This document shows, in pieces, positions 47,996 to 61,900 of a stretch of 64,000 nucleotides of DNA. The translations under genes were made by a program, and so were the position numbers. Below the pieces are notes generated by a model. The model was not told the DNA's origin, did no database searches, and saw nothing but the letters and a program-made list of their open reading frames with translations. The DNA comes from Eledone cirrhosa (taxonomy: Eukaryota): assembly GCA_964016885.1 (NCBI GenBank), contig OZ024741.1, positions 213,528,001 to 213,592,000 on the forward strand, given 5' to 3'. How positions within the stretch are numbered: position 1 is the stretch's first letter; every line of letters begins with the position of its first letter.

Positions 47996-49673
47996 AACGA
48001 GTAGGACCCCGACGGCTGAGCTTAAGCCGTTTCGACGGCTAATTCTGGACTAAATGAAAATTTTTATCCTGGTACATGAATAGCCGAGCTTCTCAGGGGG
48101 TAATTCCATATATGGTAAAAGTGATTGTCACAAGGATTGGTCAAAAGTTTGTTGTTGGGACACATAATTCTATCATGGCAATTTGAGGAAGGAAGGGGTA
48201 GCTTAACCTGCCAGTAGAAGAAAGAGGGAGAGGGAGGGGAGGAAACCCAGCCGTGCGTTGATAGTGCCAACCACAGCAGGATCCTAAGGGCAGGAGGTGA
48301 AGAAAGTATACTAGGGAGGGGAGGAGGAGGAAGTAGAAACAGTAAGTAAATCAATATGGAGTAAATATATAGAAGAATAATAAGAATGTTAAAAATATAG
48401 AAAACAATTTCTGGTTACTATTCACTTACCACCATCATCTCACTGGTACTGCTAAACTAAGTTTACTAGGTGTGTTGGAATTGTAGTGAGAAAATATTAT
48501 GAGTTAGTAGTAATCAACCGAATCAATCTTACAGTGACGGGTCAACAAGTAGGGGGCCAAAATACTAAAGAAACTACTACGAAATAATAATTCAGAGTCC
48601 CGAAAAAGAATACTAATACTATATATAAGGGTGCCGCTACGATACAAAAATTCTAATACAAACTACATAGATGCTTGTACGATATATCTGAAAAATTTGA
48701 TACGGACAAATAATTCAGAATCCCTCCCCCCTCCCAGCCCCACCCCACCCGAAAAAAAAATACTGATATACGAGAATCTAAAGCAGAGAAACCACTAAGA
48801 AAAGTAGAAAGCTCGGAAATAGGGCAGCCATCGGGTAAGAAAGCAAGTATCTGGGGTCTATCACATCTGCTATAAAAAGCGGAGTCGGCCAATTCTATCA
48901 TAGAATAGGGGATGGGAGTGGGGGTACTGAGGCTACAAGGACCGAAGGGCTGCCTCAGGGTGGGCGGAAAAGTGAAAAGGACGACGACAAAGAGGGAGAA
49001 CTGGGGTGGAAGGACTAAGAAGGGATGGGGGGAAGAAGGAAATATAGAGGAAACGATAAAAAGATATAAGAGAAAATCTTACGTCTACCTTTGCAAGCAG
49101 GGGTTACACATTACAAAGTCAGCAAGTGGGGTGTTACAGCCCTTGTCTAACCCCCCCCCCCCCTCCCCCCCCCCCCTCCCCACCCACCCAACCCCACCCA
49201 CACACACACACGGGTCGTAATGGGGTTTGAGGGCGAGGTAAGTCCTACGCAATCTGTGTTTGCATGCAGTTACCAGTTCGTCTTTCTTGTTTAGGAGTTG
49301 GTCCTTCGAAAACAGCATTTGTAAAGTTTCCTCCGAGCAGAAATTGCACGGACGGCGTCCTCCCGTGTAAGAGTTGGCTCTGGACAGTAAGCTCCAAGTG
49401 AGATCATAGGTAATATTATTATCTTTGAGGTCCCAGATGTGGCCCGAAAGTGTGGTGGCGTGACGCCGAGCCGGGTTTCGGAAAGTATGTCTGTGTTGGT
49501 ATAGCCGGGTCTTGAAGTCACATGCGGTTAATCGTATATAAGCTTTGTTGGAGGTGTCCGTCCTCACGTTGCACTGGTAGATAACATTACGATCTCTGCA
49601 TCTGTTGTCGAGGGGGCAAATGGATCCATCAGGACAGTTGCACCTCCTGGTCGACTCTCCACTGCTATTAAGG

Positions 49674-49678
<5 letters not shown>
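47993..49678 (-). mobile_element. 5'-truncated Naiad fragment, family B (GIY-YIG plus 3' UTR plus pLTR)
   Basis: RRCNCPDGSICPLDNRCRDRNVIYQCNV..AYIRLT..FKTRLYQHRHTF..TTLSGHIW..CNFCSEE..LLNKKDE..CKH at ~49230-49678; (TA)n on both sides. Confidence 0.88.
48006..48101 (-). ncRNA. Hammerhead-like motif, family B, with a mutated core (CTGAGAA) and ~55-nt stem II
   Basis: Minus strand: ACCCC-CTGAGAA-gctCGGCTA...TAGCCGtc-GAAACGGCT-taagctc-AGCCGT-C-GGGGT. Confidence 0.65.
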
Positions 49679-49719
<41 letters not shown>

Positions 49720-49721
<2 letters not shown>

Positions 49722-50310
49722 AAAAAAATAGAAGCCCCATTAGGGTGTCTTAATATTGAAAGTTGCTGAAATGTTGTGAATAGGCATCATATCTTGTCAT
49801 TTACCTATGGTTTAAATTTCATATAAATCGAAGGGAAAACATTTTCAGCGGGGGTCTTGTGCACCCGGGGAACCCTTTGATTAAAATGGAATATACTTAT
49901 CCAAGTACACTGGGCAATGTAGTTCAGAATATATATAGTTATGGGGGTCTCTCCAAAACCACAGGAGTTCGAGAAATCTTGTTCCATTTATTGGCCACAA
50001 TTGTCACTATAGTGTGTTTCACCCACATCAGAGTGTTTTAAAATTATTGAAATTTGCTGAAATGTTGTGAATAGTCATCATATCTTTTCATTTACCTATG
50101 GTTTAAATTTAATATAAATCGAAGGGAGAGAATTAAGCGGAGCTTTTCAGCGGGGGTTTGAACCCCTGGGGAACCCTTTGATTAAAATGAAATATACGGA
50201 AGAAATCAAAGGGGCATGAGCCCCACACACGTATCAAGTTTCATCAAGATCGGTTTGGTAGTTTTTGAGTTTTAGGTTCACAAACAAACAAACAGACAGA
50301 AATTGGCATT

Positions 50311-50320
<10 letters not shown>
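49720..50320 (-). mobile_element. Probable non-autonomous Helitron-like 5' region with a ~150-bp internal duplication
   Basis: Minus strand: TCTGTCTGTTTGTTTG..AACTCAAAAACTACCAAACCGATCTTGATGAAACTTG, resembling invertebrate non-autonomous Helitrons. 49752-49895 is repeated at 50045-50195. Confidence 0.45.
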
Positions 50321-50354
<34 letters not shown>

Positions 50355-50355
<1 letters not shown>

Positions 50356-52050
50356 TTAGGTTTGTTGTTTCACCACTGGATAGAATTGGTCATTCCGTAT
50401 AGTCAACCTTGATGTAATATTAGGGAGAGCACTCGACGTAATGCAACTCACCCGTCTTCGTCTGTGTTGTTGGTGGTGCGAGTACGGAGTTAATTATTAT
50501 AAAATAACAGGAGGCTGGACTGGTGTAATTCCTTAAAGGTTTATTATACCATGATTATTTCAATGACCGGTTTCAGTATGAATCCGGTGACATCATCAGA
50601 TATTCGAAATTTAACAAAGGAATATAATAGACACAATCCAAGTGAAAATGCAGAGAGACAAGAAGGCGTCCAAACATTTAGCAGTTTCTAGTCCGGTCGG
50701 CCGACCGGACTAAAAACTGCTAAATGTTTAATGGTTTCCCCAGGTGGTATTAGTGCTTCTCCATGTCACTAGTCTTATAGTGGGAGATGCTATAAATGTG
50801 TGTACGAATTAAAATCTAGAAGTGTTAAACACACTCGCCAACATCCATCGACGTACACCTACATGTTTACACATGTATAACAATAAACATAGGTGTGCGC
50901 ACATACCTACATCTATACATGCACATACATCCGTAGCTAATCGCAACTGCGTACACACGTGTACACGCACACACACACAAGTACATAGACATACGTGCAT
51001 ACGTACACACAGGCACGGACGCATATGTCCCTTCAGGGGGATGGGGAGAGTAGTAATAGGTGTGTCTTATTTACTTGTAATAGTTAGTACTGACTTTTGA
51101 GTGCGAAAGAGGTCAGGCTTGAGGTAGAATATCCTTCGGAGAACACGATCAAAGGCCGGGGGTGGGTCATGAAACTGGGTGGTCCGTAATTTCGGGTGCC
51201 TGGCTGCACACAGGGTAGGACTTTGCCGAGGTACATCATCTCACTAATTAGCTAGTGTATGTTAACTTGGGTTAGAGGTATAGAAGTGTGAGAGAATGCT
51301 GGACCGCAGCGGTGTGAGGCACGGTTCTAGCTACTAGGTAAGTGTGGTTCTGGTATTTTAATGTTAATCGAGACGAGAAGAGAGAGGGAGAGAAAGGTAG
51401 GCATAAGGGCGGGGTTGATGTCTCAGAGACTCAGTGTGACGGGGATGCTATCCATATAGCTTGGGGAAAGTTGCCGTCCTAAGTTGTCTATATGTACCTA
51501 AGAAATTGGTCCTAAGCTTGATTAGATTAATCCCACCACTGAGTATCTCCAGAGTCTCACTTAGACTGAGGTTGCAGATGTTAGATCCACCCACGTCTGG
51601 TGTTACCTCCCTAACTTTGTACCACACCAAAGACAACGGGATCTGGTCCAGCTAGAGCTTCCAATAAGTTCGGAAAGCGCCGTACTTTTCCACTTGCCGT
51701 TCCCATTTAAGGAATGGGCGTGGTTAAACCATCTGTCCTTGAAGCTCGTAGATATGGCTCCTATGTAAAGGTGCTCCGAGTTGGGGGTTGTAACTTTGCA
51801 TCGGTAGACTGTTGTTCACTAGGCATTCATGTCTTAGGAGGCATAATGTTTGGTTTCTGCAGATGCATGAAGTGGTCAACCCCAGCATGCTTATTTTGGG
51901 GTTCCCATTGTGTAGGTTGGGGCGGTCGATCCCTGTGACTAGTATAGGGTCCTTAGGTTGGTTGGTGTTCCTCGAGTCAGTTCCGGGTCCACAATTTACT
52001 AAAACAGACTTAACCATGTTTTGGATGTGGAAGATTACACTTCGGAGGTG
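50355..52050 (-). mobile_element. Decayed Naiad fragment (frameshifted GIY-YIG at 51448-52050, 3' UTR, pLTR)
   Basis: TSCICRNQTLCLLRHEC / VYRCKV..SEHLYIG..FKDRWFNH / LVW..ICNLSLSETLEIL; related to the 47.3-47.7 kb copy. Degenerate hammerhead at 50561-50604; palindrome at 50672-50729. Confidence 0.8.
50561..50604 (-). ncRNA. Degenerate minimal hammerhead, family J
   Basis: Minus strand: AATAT-CTGATGA-tgtcaccggattcatact-GAAAC-CG-GT-C-ATTG. Palindromic ACCGGT stem III, weak stems I and II, AATAAA downstream. Confidence 0.55.
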
Positions 52051-52059
52051 ATTGACAAA

Positions 52060-52712
52060 TTATAGTATTTCGAGTGTGGGAGAATGGAACATAAAAAATC
52101 ACACTGCAAAACAAAACCTAGAAAAAGGTTCAACAGGAAAAATTATGTAAAAGGTTTATCAGCAAAAAAAAAAAAAGAAATTAACGCGACTCAAATGAAA
52201 TTTGTGTATGTAAAAATTAACAACGTGAATGTGAAATTGCAGATATGGGTAGCGCCAATACTGTAATCAATGAAGACACATGGAAAGAAACCGAGAAACA
52301 TGTTACCTTAGAAGAAATAAAACTAAAAATCGGAAGTTTATATTACTAAAATGGAAAGATTACTTAGAGCAAAAATAATTAAAATGTTTGCAGAACACGA
52401 CCCAGATTCGAACTCATACTCAATGTGTGACAATGTACTGATGTATGCACAAAGTTTAATAATACTGGTCACACTACAAAATCAAATAATAAAAGAATTT
52501 CACGTTGGTCATCCGGGAATATCGAGAATGAAAGCTCTTATGAGAAGTTATGTATAATAGACCAAAATCGACCAAGAGATTTAAATGTTGGCAAAATCCT
52601 GCATAGATTGTGATCTGACAACAATGTCACCTACCACAAAATTTCAACCTTGACCACAGACGGATATTCCATGATCCAGACTGCATATAGCTTTTGCAAG
52701 TTCACGGAGAAG
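52060..52712 (+). pseudogene. Ty3/Gypsy pol relic (aspartic protease remnant plus integrase HHCC zinc-binding region)
   Basis: KFVYVKINNVNVKLQ../TVINEDTWK, then IIKEFHVGHPGISRMKALMRSYV**TKIDQEI*MLAKSCIDC..P*SRLHIAFA, with stops. Confidence 0.82.
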
Positions 52713-52725
52713 TGGGATGAAATTG

Positions 52726-52794
<69 letters not shown>

Positions 52795-52974
52795 ACGCTC
52801 CAGAGGAAAAGGAATCTTAAAACTAAAGGAAATGTCTAAATAATAGCTGAAGTGAACTATCAGTTAGTGTTTATAGAGTTACTCGATGCTAGTTCGAAAT
52901 TACACCTGATGAATACTTTCGTTTTACTCTGTTTCGTACAGATATAAAAAACAGGGGTTACAGCATTATATCAA

Positions 52975-55900
52975 TTGCCATCAATATTACCAACATCACC
53001 ATCACTATCAACAACAATACCATCACTATCAACAACAATATAACCATCACTATCACCAACATTACCATCACTATCACCAACATTAACATCACTATCACCA
53101 ACAACACTACCATCACTATCAACAACAATATAACCATCACTATCAACAACAATATAACCATCACTATCACCAACATTACCATCACTATCACTAACATTAC
53201 CATCACTCTCACCAACATTGGCATCACTATTACCTACACTACCATCACTATCACTAACATTACCATCACTATCACCAACATTACCATCACTATCACTAAC
53301 ATTACCATCACTATCACCAACACTACCATCACTATCACCAACATTACCATCACTATCACCAACACTACCATCACTATCACCAACACTACCATCACTATCA
53401 CAAACACTACCATCACTATCACCAACACTACCATCGCTATCACCAACATTACCATCGCTATCACCAACAATACCACCACTATCACCAACATTACCATCAC
53501 TATCACCAACATTACCATCACTATCACCAACACTACCATCACTATCACCAACACTACCATTACTATCACCAAAACTACCATCACTATCACCAACACTACC
53601 ATCACTATCACCAACACTACCATCACTATCACCAACATTACCATCACTATCACCAACACTACCATCACTATCACCAACACTACCATCACTATCACCAACA
53701 TTACCACCACTATGACCAACATTACCATCACTATCACCAACACTACCATCACTATCACCAACACTAGCATCACTATCACCAACACTACCATCAATATCAA
53801 CAACACTACCATCACTATTACCAACACTTCCATCGCTATGATCAACATTACCATCACTATCACCAACACTACCATCGCTATCACCAACATTACCATCACT
53901 ATCACCAACACTACCATTACTATCACCAACACTACCATCACTATCACCAACACTACCATCACTATCACCAACACTACCATCACTATCACCAACATTACCA
54001 TCACTATCACCAACACTACCATCAATATCACCAACACTACCATCACTATCACCAACATTACCACCACTATGACCAACATTACCATCACTATCACCAACAC
54101 TACCATCACTATCACCAACACTAGCATCACTATCACCAACACTACCATCAATATCAACAACACTACCATCACTATCACCAACACTTCCATCGCTATGATC
54201 AACATTACCATCACTATCACCAACACTACCATCGCTATCACCAACATTACCATCACTATCACCAACACTACCATCACTATCACCAACACTACCACCACTA
54301 TCACCAACACTACCATCACTATCACCAACACTACCATCACTATAACCAACACTTCCATCACTATGACCAACACTACCATCACTATCACCAACACTTCCAT
54401 CACTATGACCAACATTACCATCACTATCACCAACATTACCATCACTATCACCAACACTTCCATCACTATCACCAACACTACCACCACTATCACCAACACT
54501 ACCATCACTATCACCAACACTACCATAACTATCACCAACATTACCATCACTATCAACAACATTACCATCATTATCACCAACAACACTACCATCACTATCA
54601 CCAACACTACCATCACTATCACCAACACTACCACCACTATCACCAACACTACCATCACTATCACCAACACTACCATAACTATCACCAACATTACCATCAC
54701 TATCAACAACATTACCATCATTATCACCAACAACACTACCATCACTATCACCAACACTACCATCACTATCACCAACACTACCATCACTATCACCAACACT
54801 ACCATCACTATCACCAACACTACCATCACTATCACCAACACTACCATCACTATCACCAACACTACCATCACTATCACCAACATTACCATCACTATCACCA
54901 ACATTACCATCACTATCACCAACATTACCATCACTATCACCAACACTACCATCACTATCAACAACATTACCATCACAAACACCAACATTACCGTCACTAT
55001 CACCAACACTACCATCACTATCACCAACATTAACATCACTATCACCAACATTACCATCACTATCACCAACATTACCATCACTATCACCAACACTACCCAT
55101 CACTATCACCAACACTACCATCACTATCACCAACACTACCATCACTATCACCAACACTAACATCACTATCACCAACACTACCATCACTATCACCAACATT
55201 ACCATCTCTATCACCAACATTACCATCACTATCACCAACATTACCATCACTATCACCAACACTACCCATCACTATCACCAACACTACCATCACTATCACC
55301 AACACTACCATCACTATCACCAACACTACCATCACTATCACCAACATTACCATCTCTATCACCAACACTACCATCACTAACACCAACACTACCATCACTA
55401 TCACCAACATTACCATCTCTATCACCAACACTACCATCACTATCACCAACACTACCATCACTATCACCAACATTACCATCACTATCACCAACATTACCAT
55501 CACTATCACCAACATTACCAGCACTATCACCAACACTACCATCACTATCACCAACATTACCATCACTATCACCAACACTACCCATCACTATCACCAACAC
55601 TACCATCACTATCACCAACACTACCATCACTATCACCAACATTACCATCACTATCACCAACATTACCATCACTATCACCAACATTACCATCTCTATCACC
55701 AACATTACCATCACTATCACCAACACTACCATCACTATCACCAACACTACCATCACTATCACCAACATTACCATCACTATCACCAACATTACCATCACTA
55801 TCACCAACATTACCATCACTACCACCAACACTACCATCACTATCACCAACACTACCATCACTATCACCAACATTACCATCACTATCACCAACACTACCAT

Positions 55901-58900
55901 CACTATCACCAACACTACCATCACTATCACCAACACTACCATCACTATCACCAACATTACCATCACTATCACCAACATTACCATCACTATCACCAACACT
56001 ACCATCACTATCACCAACACTACCATCACTATCACCAACACTACCATCACTATCACCAACATTACCATCACTATCACCAACACTACCATCACTATCACCA
56101 ACACTATCATCACTATCACCAACACTACCATCACTATCACCAACATTACCATCACTATCACCAACACTACCATCACTATCACCAACACTACCATCACTAT
56201 CACCAACACTATCATCACAATCACCAACATTACCATCACTATCACCAACATTACCATCACTATCACCAAGACTACCATCACTATCACCAACACTACCATC
56301 ACTATCACCAACACTAACATCACTATCACCAACATTACCATCACTATGACCAACATTACCATCACTATCACCAACACTACCATCACTATCACCAACATTA
56401 CCATCACTATCACCAACACTACCATCACTATCACCAACATTAACGTCACTATCACCAACACTACCATCACTATCACCAACATTACCATCACTATCACCAA
56501 CACTACCATCAATATCACCAACACTACCATCACTATCACCAACATTACCACCACTATCACCAACACTACCATCACTATCCCCAACACTGCCATCACTATC
56601 ACCAACACAACCATCACTATCACCAACACTACCATCACTATCACCAACATTACCACCACTATCACCAACACTACCATCACTATCACCAACACTACCATCA
56701 CTATCACCAACACTGCCATCACTATCACCAACACAACCATCACTATCACCAACACTACCATCACTATCACCAACACTACCATCACTATCACCAACACTAC
56801 CATCACTATCACGAACATTACCACCACTATCACCAACACTACCATCACTATCACCAACACTACCATCACTATCACCAACACTGCCATCACTATCGCCAAC
56901 ACAACCATCACTATCACCAACACTACCATCACTATCACCAACACTACCATCACTATCACCAACACTACCATCACTATCACCAACATTACCACCACTATCA
57001 CCAACACTACCATCACTATCACCAACACTACCATCACTATCACCAACACTGCCATCACTATCAGCAACACAACCATCACTATCACCAACACTACCATCAC
57101 TATCACCAACACTGCCATCACTATCACCAACACAACCATCACTATCACCAACACTACCATCACTATCACCAACATTACCACCACTATAACCAACACTAGC
57201 ATCACTATCACCAACACTACCATCACTTTGACCAACACTGCCATCACTATCACCAACACAACCATCACTATCACCAACACTACCATCACTATCACCAACA
57301 CTACCATCACTATCACCAACACTACCATCAATATCACCAACACTACCATCACTATCACCAACATTACCACCACTATCACCAACACTACCATCACTATCAC
57401 CAACACTGCCATCACTATCACCAACACAACCATCACTATCACCAACACTACCATCACTATCACCAACACTACCATCACTATCACCAACACTACCATCACT
57501 ATCACCAACATTACCACCACTATCACCAACACTACCATCACTATCACCAACACTACCATCACTATCACCAACACTGCCATCACTATCACCAACACAACCA
57601 TCACTATCACCAACACTACCATCACTATCACCAACACTGCCATCACTATCACCAACACAACCATCACTATCACCAACACTACCATCACTATCACCAACAT
57701 TACCACCACTATAACCAACACTAGCATCACTATCACCAACACTACCATCACTTTGACCAACACTGCCATCACTATCACCAACACAACCATCACTATCACC
57801 AACACTACCATCACTATCACCAACACTACCATCACTATCACCAACACTACCATCAATATCACCAACACTACCATCACTATCACCAACATTACCATCACTA
57901 TCACCAACATTACCATCACTATCACCAAAACTACCATCACTATCACCAACACTACCATCACTATCACCAACATTACCACCACTATCACCAATACTACCAT
58001 CACTATCACCAAAACTACCATCACTATCACCAACACTGCCATCACTATCACCAACACAACCATCACTATCACCAACACTACCATCACTATCACCAACACT
58101 ACCATCACTATCACCAACACTACCATCACTATCACCAACATTACCACCACTATCACCAACACTACCATCACTATCACCAACACTACCATCACTATCACCA
58201 ACACTGCCATCACTATCACCAACACAACCATCACTATCACCAACACTACCATCACTATCACCAACACTACCATCACTATCACCAACACTACCATCACTAT
58301 CACCAACATTACCACCACTATCACCAACACTACCATCACTATCACCAACACTACCATCACTATCACCAACACTGCCATCACTATCACCAACACAACCATC
58401 ACTATCACCAACACTACCATCACTATCACCAACACTGCCATCACTATCACCAACACAACCATCACTATCACCAACACTACCATCACTATCACCAACATTA
58501 CCACCACTATCACCAACACTACCATCACTATCACCAACACTACCATCACTTTGACCAACACTGCCCTCACTATCACCAACACAACCATCACTATCACCAA
58601 CACTACCATCACTATCACCAACACTACCATCACTATCACCAACACTACCATCACTATCACCAACATTACCACCACTATCACCAACACTACCATCACTATC
58701 ACCAACACTACCATCACTATCACCAACACTGCCATCACTATCACCAACACAACCATCACTATCACCAACACTACCATCACTATCACCAACATTACCACCA
58801 CTATCACCAACACTACCATCACTATCACCAACATTACCATCACTATCACCAACATTACCATCATTATCACCAACAACACTACCATCACTATCACCAACAC

Positions 58901-61900
58901 TACCATCACTATCACCAACATTACCATCACTGTCAACAACATTACCATCACAAACACCAACATTACCATCACTATCACCAACACTACCATCACTATCACC
59001 AACACTACCATCACTATCACCAACACTACCATCACTATCACCAACACTACCATCACTATCACCAACACTACCATCACTATCACCAACATTACCATCACTA
59101 TCACCAACATTACCATCACTATCACCAACATTACCATCACTATCACCAACACTACCATCACTATCAACAACATTACCATCACAAACACCAACATTACCGT
59201 CACTATCACCAACACTACCATCACTATCACCAACATTAACATCACTATCACCAACATTACCATCACTATCACCAACATTACCATCACTATCACCAACACT
59301 ACCCATCACTATCACCAACACTACCATCACTATCACCAACACTACCATCACTATCACCAACACTAACATCACTATCACCAACACTACCATCACTATCACC
59401 AACATTACCATCACTATCACCAACATTACCATCACTATCACCAACACTACCATCACTATCAACAACATTACCATCACAAACACCAACATTACCGTCACTA
59501 TCACCAACACTACCATCACTATCACCAACATTAACATCACTATCACCAACATTACCATCACTATCACCAACATTACCATCACTATCACCAACACTACCCA
59601 TCACTATCACCAACACTACCATCACTATCACCAACACTACCATCACTATCACCAACACTAACATCACTATCACCAACACTACCATCACTATCACCAACAT
59701 TACCATCTCTATCACCAACATTACCATCACTATCACCAACATTACCATCACTATCACCAACACTACCCATCACTATCACCAACACTACCATCACTATCAC
59801 CAACACTAACATCACTATCACCAACACTACCATCACTATCACCAACATTACCATCTCTATCACCAACACTACCATCACTAACACCAACACTACCATCACT
59901 ATCACCAACACTACCATCACTATCACCAACATTACCATCTCTATCACCAACACTACCATCACTATCACCAACACTACCATCACTATCACCAACATTACCA
60001 TCACTATCACCAACATTACCATCACTATCACCAACATTACCAGCACTATCACCAACACTACCATCACTATCACCAACATTACCATCACTATCACCAACAC
60101 TACCCATCACTATCACCAACACTACCATCACTATCACCAACACTACCATCACTATCACCAACATTACCATCACTATCACCAACATTACCATCACTATCAC
60201 CAACATTACCATCTCTATCACCAACATTACCATCACTATCACCAACACTACCATCACTATCACCAACACTACCATCACTATCACCAACATTACCATCACT
60301 ATCACCAACATTACCATCACTATCACCAACATTACCATCACTACCACCAACACTACCATCACTATCACCAACACTACCATCACTATCACCAACATTACCA
60401 TCACTATCACCAACACTACCATCACTATCACCAACACTACCATCACTATCACCAACACTACCATCACTATCACCAACATTACCATCACTATCACCAACAT
60501 TACCATCACTATCACCAACACTACCATCACTATCACCAACACTACCATCACTATCACCAACACTACCATCACTATCACCAACATTACCATCACTATCACC
60601 AACACTACCATCACTATCACCAACACTATCATCACTATCACCAACACTACCATCACTATCACCAACATTACCATCACTATCACCAACACTACCATCACTA
60701 TCACCAACACTACCATCACTATCACCAACACTATCATCACAATCACCAACATTACCATCACTATCACCAACATTACCATCACTATCACCAAGACTACCAT
60801 CACTATCACCAACACTACCATCACTATCACCAACACTAACATCACTATCACCAACATTACCATCACTATGACCAACATTACCATCACTATCACCAACACT
60901 ACCATCACTATCACCAACATTACCATCACTATCACCAACACTACCATCACTATCACCAACATTAACGTCACTATCACCAACACTACCATCACTATCACCA
61001 ACATTACCATCACTATCACCAACACTACCATCAATATCACCAACACTACCATCACTATCACCAACATTACCACCACTATCACCAACACTACCATCACTAT
61101 CCCCAACACTGCCATCACTATCACCAACACAACCATCACTATCACCAACACTACCATCACTATCACCAACATTACCACCACTATCACCAACACTACCATC
61201 ACTATCACCAACACTACCATCACTATCACCAACACTGCCATCACTATCACCAACACAACCATCACTATCACCAACACTACCATCACTATCACCAACACTA
61301 CCATCACTATCACCAACACTACCATCACTATCACCAACATTACCACCACTATCACCAACACTACCATCACTATCACCAACACTACCATCACTATCACCAA
61401 CACTGCCATCACTATCGCCAACACAACCATCACTATCACCAACACTACCATCACTATCACCAACACTACCATCACTATCACCAACACTACCATCACTATC
61501 ACCAACATTACCACCACTATCACCAACACTACCATCACTATCACCAACACTACCATCACTATCACCAACACTGCCATCACTATCACCAACACAACCATCA
61601 CTATCACCAACACTACCATCACTATCACCAACACTGCCATCACTATCACCAACACAACCATCACTATCACCAACACTACCATCACTATCACCAACATTAC
61701 CACCACTATAACCAACACTAGCATCACTATCACCAACACTACCATCACTTTGACCAACACTGCCATCACTATCACCAACACAACCATCACTATCACCAAC
61801 ACTACCATCACTATCACCAACACTACCATCACTATCACCAACACTACCATCAATATCACCAACACTACCATCACTATCACCAACATTACCACCACTATCA

